A DNA stretch of 64,000 nucleotides from Candidatus Riflebacteria bacterium HGW-Riflebacteria-1 (GCA_002839445.1 PGYB01000006.1:1-64000); one strand, 5' to 3'; shown: positions 18,552-27,742, numbered from the stretch's first letter. The notes: a model not told the origin generated them from the sequence alone. Numbers and translations are program-made.

Positions 18552-18833
18552 TTATTCCTCCAACAGATACAAGATTAAACAAGTATACGCATATAGACTT
18601 CAGTCTGCAATAGTCAGACGATAGCCGATCTGGCAAACGTTCAGCCGTGCTCAAAGCTGGTTTCATGGTGAATTTATCAGTGTTATTGAGTAATCGCATG
18701 CAATCTCATCGCGCGGTAATTGGCCGTTTCGTTTGCGGGAAAGGGATTTCGAATTTGCCTGCCAGTCGCATGTTTGCGAGCTGCATGTATTTACAGTCCA
18801 CAGAATGTTGACGTCTTGGCTGTAACTTCGTTC

Positions 18834-18919
18834 GTTGAAACTTTGCCAGTAACTTACTGCAGGTTTACATAACTCGATAAGTTGAAACTTTGCCAGCAAC
18901 TTACTGCAGGTTTACATAA
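18834..18919. repeat. Tandem direct repeat of 2 x 39 bp with a 47-bp period, ending in the ...CAGGTTTACATAA motif. The same motif also starts the dif-like site downstream.
   Basis: GTTGAAACTTTGCCAG[T/C]AACTTACTGCAGGTTTACATAA occurs at 18834-18872 and again at 18881-18919. A third GGTTTACATAA occurs at 18953. Confidence 0.7.
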
Positions 18920-18949
18920 TTCCAGGCCTCCAGCCTGCTCGTTTATTTC

Positions 18950-18982
18950 TTTGGTTTACATAATATTTATTATCAGACGTTT
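18950..18982. other. dif-like (XerC/D-type) recombination site. Candidate attL of the downstream element.
   Basis: GGTTTACATAA-TATTTA-TTATCAGACGT versus E. coli dif GGTGCGCATAA-TGTATA-TTATGTTAAAT. The left arm and the CATAA-N6-TTAT core are conserved, while the right arm diverges. Confidence 0.4.
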
Positions 18983-19388
18983 ATTTACCATACCCTTACA
19001 ATAAGGATTAAGACAAGGAATGTCAAGTATTACTTTGTATGTCATTTATACCCCCCGTGAGACCGCTCGGGGGGATTCCAAAAAGTATGCAACTAAAAAT
19101 TAAGTAAAAACCATTGCCAAACAAAAGAAAGAAAAGCAAAAAATACCAATATAATGATAAAAAATCCAACTATGTAAACAGTAAATTTTGTGTCTGCAAT
19201 TTTAAAAGCAAGATAATCATACAAATTGAAATCTTTCATAAAAAAAACTCCTGCATAATTTGAAGCCAGACAACGACTAACAAAATAAGTGCTATAGCTT
19301 CTCGCTCTCTCGAAGCGCGATTAAAGCTATTGTTGTCTGGAATAGCTTTGTAATATTCTAACCTTTTTTTGGCTTTATGTGGAAAGAA

Positions 19389-19421
19389 AAAAGGGAACCT
19401 TTTCAGGTTCCCTCAATACGG
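19389..19421 (-). terminator. Rho-independent terminator at the end of the element operon.
   Basis: Read on the minus strand: GGGAACC-TGAAAA-GGTTCCC followed by TTTTTTCTTTCC. Confidence 0.5.
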
Positions 19422-19495
19422 CCGGCAACTTCTAGACCGCCGGCCGGCCGCTGACGGGTGCAAGATTTATTCCCCAGCCCATCAGCGGCCTAAGT

Positions 19496-20125
19496 TCAGG
19501 CAGCTTGGCCAAGCACTGGGTCAGAAGCATCAACACCAGCACCAGCATCATTAGATACCAGGCTGAAATTAGAAAGTTTCTCGTATTCTTTGATCATGGC
19601 ACCGACTGCTTCACTTGTGTAATAAGCACCAAGCTCGGTTTTGTTGTCATCAACCCAACCGATTTTGCCAAGTCCTGCAACACCGAGACCATCAGAAATC
19701 TGTGTAACAAGACCCTTGAGAGATGTTCTGGTGACATCATCAGTCGGCCACGGCACGAAAACCTTCTGCGACATGATCTTAGGTGCATCAGGGTCACAGC
19801 CGTTACTTGCAATAACTGAACCAGCAAGACGAAGGTTTGAAGGAATTACTTCAGGCATCTCGTCATTACGGTAGTGACCAAGAATCTTTACAAGCTTGGC
19901 AATAACGCCCATGGACATTTTACCGATCTGCTCCGCAATGTAAATTGCAAAAGCTTCAACGGCTGCCTCAGTTGTGCCTACTACTTCAAACTTGGTAGTA
20001 GCCCACTTTTTACGACCGCAAGCTTTATCAAGAGCACACATTGTAAGTTCATAGCGCCCTGCTTTAAGCTTACCATTAGCTGAACCATCAAGTTCGGCTG
20101 CGAAAGGGTAAAAACGAATGGTCAT
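19496..20125 (-). CDS. Hypothetical protein of 209 aa, last gene of the element operon and a possible structural protein.
   Basis: Strong RBS AAAGGAGG 6 nt before the ATG at 20125. No recognisable motif and no P-loop. Confidence 0.5.
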   Translation of the reverse strand: MTIRFYPFAAELDGSANGKLKAGRYELTMCALDKACGRKKWATTKFEVVGTTEAAVEAFAIYIAEQIGKMSMGVIAKLVKILGHYRNDEMPEVIPSNLRLAGSVIASNGCDPDAPKIMSQKVFVPWPTDDVTRTSLKGLVTQISDGLGVAGLGKIGWVDDNKTELGAYYTSEAVGAMIKEYEKLSNFSLVSNDAGAGVDASDPVLGQAA

Positions 20126-20135
20126 AAGACCTCCT

Positions 20136-21824
20136 TTATATTTTACGTGACGTAATGCGATCTTCGTCACTGTTTACGACAACTTCATTTTCAAGAACTT
20201 CTACTAATACCGGCTCGTAGTCTTGATGAAATACTTCAACAAGCCCCTTGGAAGGTTCTTGATTATCACCAACACAGCAACCTTCAAGTATTAACCCTTT
20301 ATCTACAATTTCAACAAGACCAAGCTCAGGATTGCATTCAGTTTCAGGCTTAATAACGCCCTTCTCAACGATACAAGCAATACCACGATCGCCACAAACG
20401 AGACTATCAGCAATAAGCTGTAATTTTGCCTCAATAGACATGTATTCTAACTCCTGAATTAAACAATCTTGGCCATTAAGACCGTCAACACCGTCTTGAC
20501 CATCAATACCAGGCAAACCGGTATCACCTTTATCGCCTTTAACACCTTGTAAACCTTGAACACCCTGTATACCTTGTATTCCTTGTGAGCCAGTATCACC
20601 TTTTTCGCCCTGAATACCCTGTATACCTTGTGGACCTTGAGCACCTTCTTGACCTTCCCACCCTACGCCTGGCTCGCCCTGTATACCTTGTATTCCTTGT
20701 GCGCCTTGTGAACCAGTTGCACCAGTATCACCCTTTACACCTTGGATACCCTGAACTCCCTGATCGCCAGTATCACCTTTATCACCCTTATCACCTTTAT
20801 CACCCTTATCACCTTTCTCACCCTTTACACCCTCAGTTGCACCAGAACGTATATTGAGAATCAAAGAATAAAGATTCTGTATCTGAACGCGCAAAGCATC
20901 ACAATCACAATCATTATCATTAGGTGGTGGTGGCTGAACACCTCCATCACGAGGAGTATCATCAGCATCAGCATCACAACAAACATCACCAGTATCTGAA
21001 AAGCCTGTAACCGACATATAGAGCGTTGTAAAGCGCTCAATATAGACATTTGTAAGACTTATACCAATACAAGATATCTCAGCAAAATCTTTACACTCAG
21101 AACAACTGGCAGTTGCAAAATTAACATCCTCAGAAAAACCATTACCAGCACCGATTATCAAACCGCCCATACCACCTGCAGGAATGGTATATTTACGTGC
21201 ACCTATCTGAACAACACCGTTTTTACTACTGCCTGATAAAGCTCTAAAAGAAACTCTATCGATAGTTTTCCATGCAGACAAAATACCATTAAGAGCATTT
21301 TGATCTGATAACCAATAATCACCAGCAGAAGGAATAACTATATCCTGAAAAAAAGTAACTTGTTTATTAAGAATATCAGTGCCAGTGATAGCTATACGGT
21401 AATTATCGGTATAAAACCGACTATCAGCACAAGTATTGAAAGCTGAAAACGCAAGAGTAATACTCGGATTAGATTTGTTCGGCTGACCAAAATCTACCCA
21501 ATTGACATCATCAAGAACCTTTGCAGATGTTATAGGATTAGAAAAATTGCTTGTAACATAATAAGCATATAAATCAGGCACACAAGAAGAAAATAAAGCC
21601 CAGTTTGTTACAGATGCAGAGTTAAGCTTAAGCTCAAACTTAGTAACACTCTTTAGGCGACTCATTGAAGCACTACCTTGTGCTGATTGAATAGCGCAAT
21701 ATCCTATTGAATTATCGTAATAAACACGCAATAGCAGCCATGAAGGATATGCAGTAACAACAGGAGGATTTGCAGCTTCTGTTATACGCACATCAAATTT
21801 AAGTTCTTTGAAAGAAATGGCCAT
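20136..21824 (-). CDS. Collagen-like triple-helix repeat protein of 562 aa: N-terminal globular domain, about 110 aa of GXY repeats, and a C-terminal domain.
   Basis: There are uninterrupted Gly-X-Y triplets (GEKGDKGDKGDKGDKGDTGDQGVQGIQGVKGDTGATGSQGAQGIQGIQGEPG...GLPGIDGQDGVDGLNGQ). The layout resembles phage tail-fibre or BclA-like collagenous proteins. TAATG overlap with the upstream peptidase gene. Confidence 0.8.
   Translation of the reverse strand: MAISFKELKFDVRITEAANPPVVTAYPSWLLLRVYYDNSIGYCAIQSAQGSASMSRLKSVTKFELKLNSASVTNWALFSSCVPDLYAYYVTSNFSNPITSAKVLDDVNWVDFGQPNKSNPSITLAFSAFNTCADSRFYTDNYRIAITGTDILNKQVTFFQDIVIPSAGDYWLSDQNALNGILSAWKTIDRVSFRALSGSSKNGVVQIGARKYTIPAGGMGGLIIGAGNGFSEDVNFATASCSECKDFAEISCIGISLTNVYIERFTTLYMSVTGFSDTGDVCCDADADDTPRDGGVQPPPPNDNDCDCDALRVQIQNLYSLILNIRSGATEGVKGEKGDKGDKGDKGDKGDTGDQGVQGIQGVKGDTGATGSQGAQGIQGIQGEPGVGWEGQEGAQGPQGIQGIQGEKGDTGSQGIQGIQGVQGLQGVKGDKGDTGLPGIDGQDGVDGLNGQDCLIQELEYMSIEAKLQLIADSLVCGDRGIACIVEKGVIKPETECNPELGLVEIVDKGLILEGCCVGDNQEPSKGLVEVFHQDYEPVLVEVLENEVVVNSDEDRITSRKI
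20771..20822. repeat. Tandem 18-bp (9+9) repeat inside the collagen-like gene.
   Basis: TCACCCTTATCACCTTTA is repeated about 3 times, encoding (GDK)n. Confidence 0.7.
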
Positions 21825-22213
21825 TAAATAATAACCTCAACATGCCAGCATTTTTGAACACTTACAGCATGCTTACCATTCGGACTAGTAACTAGTGCTG
21901 GACTGCGTAAGACACGGAACCGCTCAACATCAACGACAGGAGGGTTACTATAAACAGAAAATCCAGCAATAGGCACAAAATCGCGCGACATGCCCAAACG
22001 ATGAAGGGATTCCAACGCTCCATTATATTTTCTGTTAACAGACTCGGCTCTAAAGCCACTGGTAGCACGGAATTTACCCGGATTTTTTTCTTGAATCTCT
22101 GCCTCAATTCGCGATTGTATCGTGCGTATGAAATGTTGACAACACGGCGGCAACCGTTTAAACGCTTGAATGTTCGCACTTTCGAGGCAATCATAAGGCA
22201 TGTGACTCTTCAT
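21824..22213 (-). CDS. Peptidase M15 family protein (zinc D-Ala-D-Ala carboxypeptidase/endolysin-like, Peptidase_M15_3), 129 aa.
   Basis: ATSGFRAESVNRKYNGALESLHRLGMSRDF matches the SGYR..N...GG...S.H..G.A.D core of M15A/DUF882 cell-wall hydrolases. Confidence 0.55.
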   Translation of the reverse strand: MKSHMPYDCLESANIQAFKRLPPCCQHFIRTIQSRIEAEIQEKNPGKFRATSGFRAESVNRKYNGALESLHRLGMSRDFVPIAGFSVYSNPPVVDVERFRVLRSPALVTSPNGKHAVSVQKCWHVEVII

Positions 22214-22215
22214 AA

Positions 22216-22542
22216 TTAAGCCCAGTGATCATCATCAGACATATTCGCCATATCAGCACGAGATTCATCATCTGAGGAAATGATTTTTTCAACATAAAAA
22301 GAAATTTCTGGCGCATTGTATTTGCCGATTTTGAGAGTTGGTGAAAGCTGAATCTCCCGGCCTTCAAGAGCATCAGGAATCAATTTTTCAGGAATGTTTA
22401 CATCGAAATTGATGAAAAGTCCTGGGATGCCGATTGTTGCTTTTACATATTCTTTATCTTCATGTTTACGAGTTGTTACACGCAGTATCTGACCCTGAAG
22501 AACACCTTTAACGCCTCTTGCCAATGCTTCGAAAAAATTCAT
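22216..22542 (-). CDS. Hypothetical protein, 108 aa (element).
   Basis: ATG preceded by RBS AGGAGC. Acidic C-terminus. Confidence 0.45.
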   Translation of the reverse strand: MNFFEALARGVKGVLQGQILRVTTRKHEDKEYVKATIGIPGLFINFDVNIPEKLIPDALEGREIQLSPTLKIGKYNAPEISFYVEKIISSDDESRADMANMSDDDHWA

Positions 22543-22644
22543 TTTTTTTGCTCCTGAAAAGATTTTATTAGATACTCAAACGCCTGTGAATGAAGCTTGT
22601 TAACCTCATCAACAGATAATACACATGGTTTTATGTTTAAATTA

Positions 22645-22920
22645 CTATCCACGCAAATTAAAAACTCTATTGATAATGACATGACGAGAATAACCTGAAA
22701 ATGGTCTACCTTGATTTGAACGAAATACAGCCCTTGAATCAGCTTCTGCATTACGAATAGAAGGTATTAAATGAAAAGTTCCAGAAATAGAACTAGAATA
22801 AGAATAAGGTGAATGAGGATTGCGAGAACCCCAATTATTCCATGTTGCAGGAATCCATCTTCTACCATTTTCTCGTGAAGCATTTACAGAATAATTTTTA
22901 AAGCCTGATGATTTAATCAT
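22645..22920 (-). CDS. Hypothetical protein, 91 aa (element). Uncertain.
   Basis: An ATG at 22920 is used (the ORF-track start is a TTG). It overlaps an alternative 70-aa ORF at 22539-22751 in another frame, and only one of the two is likely real. Confidence 0.3.
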   Translation of the reverse strand: MIKSSGFKNYSVNASRENGRRWIPATWNNWGSRNPHSPYSYSSSISGTFHLIPSIRNAEADSRAVFRSNQGRPFSGYSRHVIINRVFNLRG

Positions 22921-22921
22921 T

Positions 22922-23179
22922 TTATTCAACCTTTACATTAATAAAATTTTCTTCGTCAGGCCTGCAAATATGCTCGTTTAAAGCAATATCTAACATAGTT
23001 TCCATTTCTGTATCTGTCCCAAAATAACCATCTCTTATTCTTTCTTCACAAAGTAAAAAATCTTCTTCTTTAACAAATTCAGCTGTCAATTTTTTTACTG
23101 ACATAGAATCACCGACAACAACGACACAAACAATGTAAGCAACGTTTTTTTGTTTTGGTAAAGTTATAGGTAATTTCAT
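22922..23179 (-). CDS. Hypothetical protein, 85 aa (element).
   Basis: ATG start, abutting the Rep-like gene (stop/start adjacent). Confidence 0.4.
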   Translation of the reverse strand: MKLPITLPKQKNVAYIVCVVVVGDSMSVKKLTAEFVKEEDFLLCEERIRDGYFGTDTEMETMLDIALNEHICRPDEENFINVKVE

Positions 23180-23881
23180 CTAAAACTCCTTTTCCTCATG
23201 TTCTGCCATGAGATCAAAAACACTCATGGAATCAGTATCTAATACAGGACGTTTACAAAAAATACGCTTCTCAAGCTGAATTGCGCGATTATAATTTGAG
23301 CGCATTTTGTTGATAGCGTCATTGTAACGACGAATATCATCGTTATCTTTTCGAATATATGAAGTATTCTGACTCTTAGGATATTCAAAACCCTGAAAAG
23401 AATAACGACGAAAGCATTGACCTAGAATCTCTCTATATAAAGAATCATAGCTTGACCATGATTCTGGACTGTTAATATAAACAGCGCGCCCTGTATCACC
23501 TTTAAACTCAAATTCTAAACGCCAAATAGCGGTAAAACCCTCATATTCAGGGTGTCTTAACAAAAAATGCGGGTCTTTTTCATCGGTAAGCTTGTCATAA
23601 ACACGAAGCAAAGAATCACCTGAATATGGGTTTGTGCGAATGATAGTTAAAATTTTGTCATCTACACGACCATAGAAAAGACTTTTTTGTCTGCTACCTG
23701 GCTGAGGTAAAACAGTTGGCACAGGTATATACCGCTCACCCATTGAAACGAAATCAACAGCGGCATCTACTCGCACTGGACAAATCTGTATCTCAAGACT
23801 TGACAAAAAACCTAAAAGTTGATTTACAAAATCAAATGAGAAGCCATAGCGGAAAAAAGTTCCGGCAAGTTTTATTGTCAT
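23180..23881 (-). CDS. Candidate rolling-circle replication initiation protein (Rep_trans/RstA-like), 233 aa. Tentative.
   Basis: CPVRVDAAVDF resembles the R-x-D-x-A-x-D block recalled for Rep_trans-family initiators. Tyr-rich stretches follow (YGRVDDK...RVYDK). It is the first gene of the operon next to the repeat boundary. ATG at 23881 chosen over the upstream TTG. Confidence 0.35.
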   Translation of the reverse strand: MTIKLAGTFFRYGFSFDFVNQLLGFLSSLEIQICPVRVDAAVDFVSMGERYIPVPTVLPQPGSRQKSLFYGRVDDKILTIIRTNPYSGDSLLRVYDKLTDEKDPHFLLRHPEYEGFTAIWRLEFEFKGDTGRAVYINSPESWSSYDSLYREILGQCFRRYSFQGFEYPKSQNTSYIRKDNDDIRRYNDAINKMRSNYNRAIQLEKRIFCKRPVLDTDSMSVFDLMAEHEEKEF

Positions 23882-24112
23882 TGCTGGATTGCGTAACCTT
23901 GGCCTGAGATCATGAAAAATAGTTATACCGTAGTCATCTGATCTCAAAGACTGGTAATAATGCTGGTTTCCGTATGATTCTCGGAACTCAATAGAAGATA
24001 AACATTTCTTTATCTCTTTGAGTATGTATTCAACTGCAACAAAGTCACACCAAATGCCGGTTTCAAACCAATCAAGATGATAGTTTGTTATGACACTCTC
24101 GTCACCTGACCC

Positions 24113-24132
24113 AATATTTATTATCAGACGTT
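24113..24132. repeat. Right-hand copy of the 20-bp direct repeat. Candidate attR or pseudo-dif half-site.
   Basis: Identical to 18962-18981. Only the central and right-arm part of the dif-like site is duplicated, and the left arm differs. Confidence 0.45.
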
Positions 24133-24252
24133 GTGCTTTTTGGGTAGGGGGTGGTGGGTATTGCCAATGTCGGGTTATACCGTTTATTTGGGCTCTCGGT
24201 ATGATCGCAGTTCTTCTAGCCTGAGCCGCCCGGCAGCCTCGTGCTTAAAATG

Positions 24253-24272
24253 CCCGCCTGCGCCCTTAGTCG
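24253..24272. repeat. Short dispersed motif TGCCCGCCTGCGCCCTTAGT, copy 3 of 3.
   Basis: See copies at 1-20 and 251-270. The surrounding 24180-24290 shares the blocks GGGCTCTCGG and CGCTTCAACT with 138-175. Confidence 0.45.
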
Positions 24273-24761
24273 CTTCAACTAACCGGATATTTGAGTCTGA
24301 CTTATTTATGCAGTTCCCAATAATACCCTGAAATATGAATTCTACTTATTTAGTTCGTTTTTTACTGTTTGTTTTCGTTCTCGTAATCGCAATCGAATCT
24401 CTTCGTAATCGATCTTCGTCTTCAGCTCTTCAATTCAGCCCCCAGTCGATTACGATTACCGCTTCGCTGAGCACGAGCACGGTTTGTAACGTGCAAGCCT
24501 GAATTGATGTTAACCAAGGCTTGGTAATATCTCGCCTGAACAAACGATGACTGCTGGGCTTCTTTTGTAATGCACTTGTATAAGCCAGTTCTGAGGATCT
24601 GCATATTCCAGTTCATCTGCGGCAGAAAAATAATCTCGATAAATCTTACAAATATACTGGATGCTGGCTGCGATACTTGATAACATTTTACAGGACGACT
24701 GAAAAAGTTTTTCTCTGGAGTCTTACGATACCCCGGAGATTATTGATCTTACGGAGCAACC

Positions 24762-26309
24762 ATGGATCTGACCCGCAAACTTGCCGACGTATCCAGGACT
24801 GAAAAAAGCCTGTTCCTGAAAAAAAAGCTGCGCGAACTGCGGCTGGTTTATCAGGTCGACCACATTACCGATCGCTACAAGAATCTTGTTTCGCTGTCTT
24901 CGGCCACGCTTAAACTTGCCCGAAAATTCTTCAAGTGCGAAGTCTCTGCCATTCTGGTTACTGACCGCGTGGCGCGCCATCGTCAATTTTATCTTGCTCT
25001 GGGCCTTGATGAATCTGACAAAGACACCAGCTTTCGTTTGAAAGAACTGATGCATAAATCGGTAACTTTCGAGGCTGGCGAAGAGATCGTTAACCGCTTG
25101 CAGCCGGTTACGGCAAAACCAACAGACTATATTCTGGTTGCTTTTCCGGTGTCTGAGCAGCTCTGTGGTTGCCTGCTCGTTGGCAACCGCGAAAAAACAT
25201 GGGATGAAGAAGATCTGCACTACTTGCGCGCAATCGTCTCGCAAATCGACAACGGCCTCGAACACGCCTTCCTCAAGCAGAAATATCAGCGCTCGCGCAC
25301 GCGAGCTGACCGTGAAACTCGCAAGTTGAGCTTTGTTTACGAAATAAGCCTCTCTCTCGGAAAAGACGAAGACTTCAGCTCTCTTTGCCGACGCATCCTC
25401 GAGAGTGCCATGCAGCTCGTCGATGTTAATCGCTGTTCGTTTATGAGCTATAACCGCGAAAAAGACGAGCTCAAGACCGAATTTGCCATTGGCATTCCCT
25501 TTACCAGATCACAGATAACTTTTAAGCTGGGCGAAGGCCTTGCCGGAACCGCTTTAAAGGAAGGGCGCCCTATTCTCGCCTCGCGTGGCGGCAAAGATGT
25601 CAGGTTTATCCCATACGATAACAACATTGAGAACATACCCTCAGTAGTTAACATGGCCTGCCTCCCCCTCATAGTAGAAGGAAGTCCTCTGGGTGTGCTC
25701 AACTTCAGTTCAACCGAACCTGATTATGCCGTAACTAATGACGAACTGGCCGCTCTCGAAGTGGTCACTCAACTCATCGGCCTGGCCTGGCAAAAGCAGC
25801 GACTCTACCAGATTTCTATCAAAGACGAACTTACCGGCATGTATTCGTTCAGATTCTTCAAGACGCGACTTCAGGAAGAAATGCATCGCGCCAGCCGCTA
25901 TGAAAGTGCCTTGAGCATTGTCATGTTTGATATCGATTTCTTCAAGAAGTTTAACGATAAATATGGTCATATGGCGGGAAACCTTGTTTTGCGAGAATTT
26001 GCTACAATACTTAATGACTCGGTCAGGTTCGGCGTTGATATCGCAGCCCGCTTTGGCGGCGAAGAATTCGCTCTGATATTACCAGGAACTTCTGGTGAAG
26101 GCGCGTTCGTTGTTGCCGAAAGAATTCGTCAGGCCGTCGAAAAGACAACTCTCAGCTTTGAGGCGCACAGTCTGCATGTCACAGTAAGTGGCGGAGTCAG
26201 ACAGTTCGCAGCAGGCATGACCCTTGAAGAGTTTATCAAATCTGCCGATGCGGCGCTTTATGAGGCAAAAGAAAGTGGTCGCAATCGCACAAAAGTTGCA
26301 TCAGCGTAG
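24762..26309 (+). CDS. GAF-domain diguanylate cyclase (GGDEF), 515 aa.
   Basis: The C-terminal GGDEF domain has RFGGEEFALIL and an upstream YSFRFFK...RY motif. The N-terminal half has two GAF-like regions. Confidence 0.8.
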   Translation: MDLTRKLADVSRTEKSLFLKKKLRELRLVYQVDHITDRYKNLVSLSSATLKLARKFFKCEVSAILVTDRVARHRQFYLALGLDESDKDTSFRLKELMHKSVTFEAGEEIVNRLQPVTAKPTDYILVAFPVSEQLCGCLLVGNREKTWDEEDLHYLRAIVSQIDNGLEHAFLKQKYQRSRTRADRETRKLSFVYEISLSLGKDEDFSSLCRRILESAMQLVDVNRCSFMSYNREKDELKTEFAIGIPFTRSQITFKLGEGLAGTALKEGRPILASRGGKDVRFIPYDNNIENIPSVVNMACLPLIVEGSPLGVLNFSSTEPDYAVTNDELAALEVVTQLIGLAWQKQRLYQISIKDELTGMYSFRFFKTRLQEEMHRASRYESALSIVMFDIDFFKKFNDKYGHMAGNLVLREFATILNDSVRFGVDIAARFGGEEFALILPGTSGEGAFVVAERIRQAVEKTTLSFEAHSLHVTVSGGVRQFAAGMTLEEFIKSADAALYEAKESGRNRTKVASA

Positions 26310-26384
26310 AATGTTCGAACTTGTAACAGTTTTTGCTGCGTTGAATATATTGACTCAGTGAACGCAAAACTTTATCATACCTGC

Positions 26385-27218
26385 ATGAATTTAACCGATT
26401 TAACCGCATCAGAAATTTCTGCACTCGACCGCGACGCCACGGTAGTTGTTGTACCGCTTGGTTCTATTGAGCAGCATGGCCCGCATCTGCCAGTCGCGAC
26501 CAAGTGCTTCCTCAGCGAAGCCATCGCTTTTGCCGCAGCTGCACGACTTCGCAGTGAGCAGCTCGAATGTCTGATCACGCCAACCTTTCCATTTATGCCC
26601 TGTCAGAGCAGCAGCGGCTTTGCATCCAATTTTGCCATGGCCGCGCGAACCTACTCTGACGCGCTTTATGAGATTGGCAGCTCTTTCTGTCGTGATGGTT
26701 TCAAATTTCTCTATTTTGTAAACCTCTCGGTATCGCCTGACGCAATCAAGGCAGTCAGCGTTGCAGTCGAGGATCTGAACACCCTCAAGGGTTTTCGCGC
26801 CTTTGACCCGATTCCGCTCTGGAACTTTTCGCCTAATGAAGAGCTTGAGTCGTTTATGCGGCAGCGTGGCGTTGACCCGGCCAATGAAATTCACGCCGAC
26901 ATCAAAGAAACCAGCGCTGCCATGCATCTTGATCCTGAGCTTGTGCGCGGCGACCTGCTGGCCGGTCTCAAGCCATGCCGCATCAACACTGCCTGGGAAG
27001 TCCTCAAAGGTAACTTTTCATTTCAGGAAATGGGCAGCACAGCCGGCTATCTTGGCTCACCTGCGCTGGCTGACCCTGAGCTCGGGCGTCTTTACATCGC
27101 CGAGGCCGCGTTTGCCCTTGCCGAATCAGTAAATTACACTCTTTCGGGAAACGACCTTCCTGAGTTGCCGCTGCAGATTCGCATGCTGCTGAAAATGGTC
27201 GATCTCGACGAAATGTAA
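26385..27218 (+). CDS. Creatininase family amidohydrolase, 277 aa.
   Basis: VVPLGSIEQHGPHLPV is the hallmark creatininase-family metal-binding motif. The ATG at 26385 is preferred over the GTG at 26358. Confidence 0.7.
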   Translation: MNLTDLTASEISALDRDATVVVVPLGSIEQHGPHLPVATKCFLSEAIAFAAAARLRSEQLECLITPTFPFMPCQSSSGFASNFAMAARTYSDALYEIGSSFCRDGFKFLYFVNLSVSPDAIKAVSVAVEDLNTLKGFRAFDPIPLWNFSPNEELESFMRQRGVDPANEIHADIKETSAAMHLDPELVRGDLLAGLKPCRINTAWEVLKGNFSFQEMGSTAGYLGSPALADPELGRLYIAEAAFALAESVNYTLSGNDLPELPLQIRMLLKMVDLDEM

Positions 27219-27430
27219 CGATAAATTTTTCCCCACATCCTGGATGTTATGTAAACCAATCTATATAATATCTGGCGAAAAGAAAACAAAAAGAAAAAAA
27301 AACTATTTGACAGTGGAAATATTTAATCGTTCGTGTTAGAATAGATTTTCCCATGATACTTAGCCCTTACCTGTTACGCGGTTTAACCTCGAAAACCTTG
27401 ATTACACTCAAAAGTTGGGAGTAAAGAAAA

Positions 27431-27742
27431 ATGTACGCCATTATCGAAATCGGTGGAAGACAGTATAACGTCGAGAAAGGCAGCCGTCTGCGCTGTGAAA
27501 AACTCGACCAGGAAGCCAATGAAATCATGTCAATCGACAAGGTTCTCATGGTTAAAGACGGCGAGAAGCTGCAGATCGGTCATCCTTATGTTAAGGGTGC
27601 CGAAGTAAAAGCCAGAATCGTCGGCCATGCACGTGGCAAGAAGATAATTGTGCTCAAATACAAGAGCAAGAGCAATTATCGCCGCAAAATCGGTCATCGC
27701 CAGCACTTCACCTCGGTTCTCATCGAGGAAATCAAGTGCTGA
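27431..27742 (+). CDS. rplU: 50S ribosomal protein L21.
   Basis: MYAIIEIGGRQYNVEKG... matches L21 along its full length. RBS GGGAG. Confidence 0.9.
   Translation: MYAIIEIGGRQYNVEKGSRLRCEKLDQEANEIMSIDKVLMVKDGEKLQIGHPYVKGAEVKARIVGHARGKKIIVLKYKSKSNYRRKIGHRQHFTSVLIEEIKC

Larger units (their letters stand above)
18962..24132 (-). mobile_element. Candidate integrated small phage-like element or prophage remnant of about 5.17 kb, flanked by a perfect 20-bp direct repeat.
   Basis: AATATTTATTATCAGACGTT occurs at 18962-18981 and at 24113-24132. Between the two copies, all genes are on one strand with coupled overlaps: a Rep-like gene, small ORFs, a peptidase M15, a collagen-like protein and a 209-aa protein. 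An AT-rich noncoding arm lies at 18983-19390. The local GC is lower than in the flanking DNA. Confidence 0.45.

Noticed and set aside
18600-19500. Searched the AT-rich junction and the 24140-24720 flank for a tRNA or tmRNA gene serving as integration target.
   Set aside because: No cloverleaf-compatible sequence was recognised (no GTTCGAATC-type T-loop with matching acceptor stem). Integration at a tRNA is not supported.
22539-22751. 70-aa ORF overlapping the 91-aa ORF (22645-22920) in a different frame within the element.
   Set aside because: The two cannot both be real. 22539-22751 would be ATGA-coupled to the downstream gene, but its translation is low-complexity and hydrophobic. It is left unannotated, and the alternative is kept only at low confidence.
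27307-27342. TTGACA ... TAGAAT hexamers upstream of rplU as a sigma70 promoter.
   Set aside because: The spacer is 24 nt, far from the 16-18 nt optimum. Not reported as a feature.
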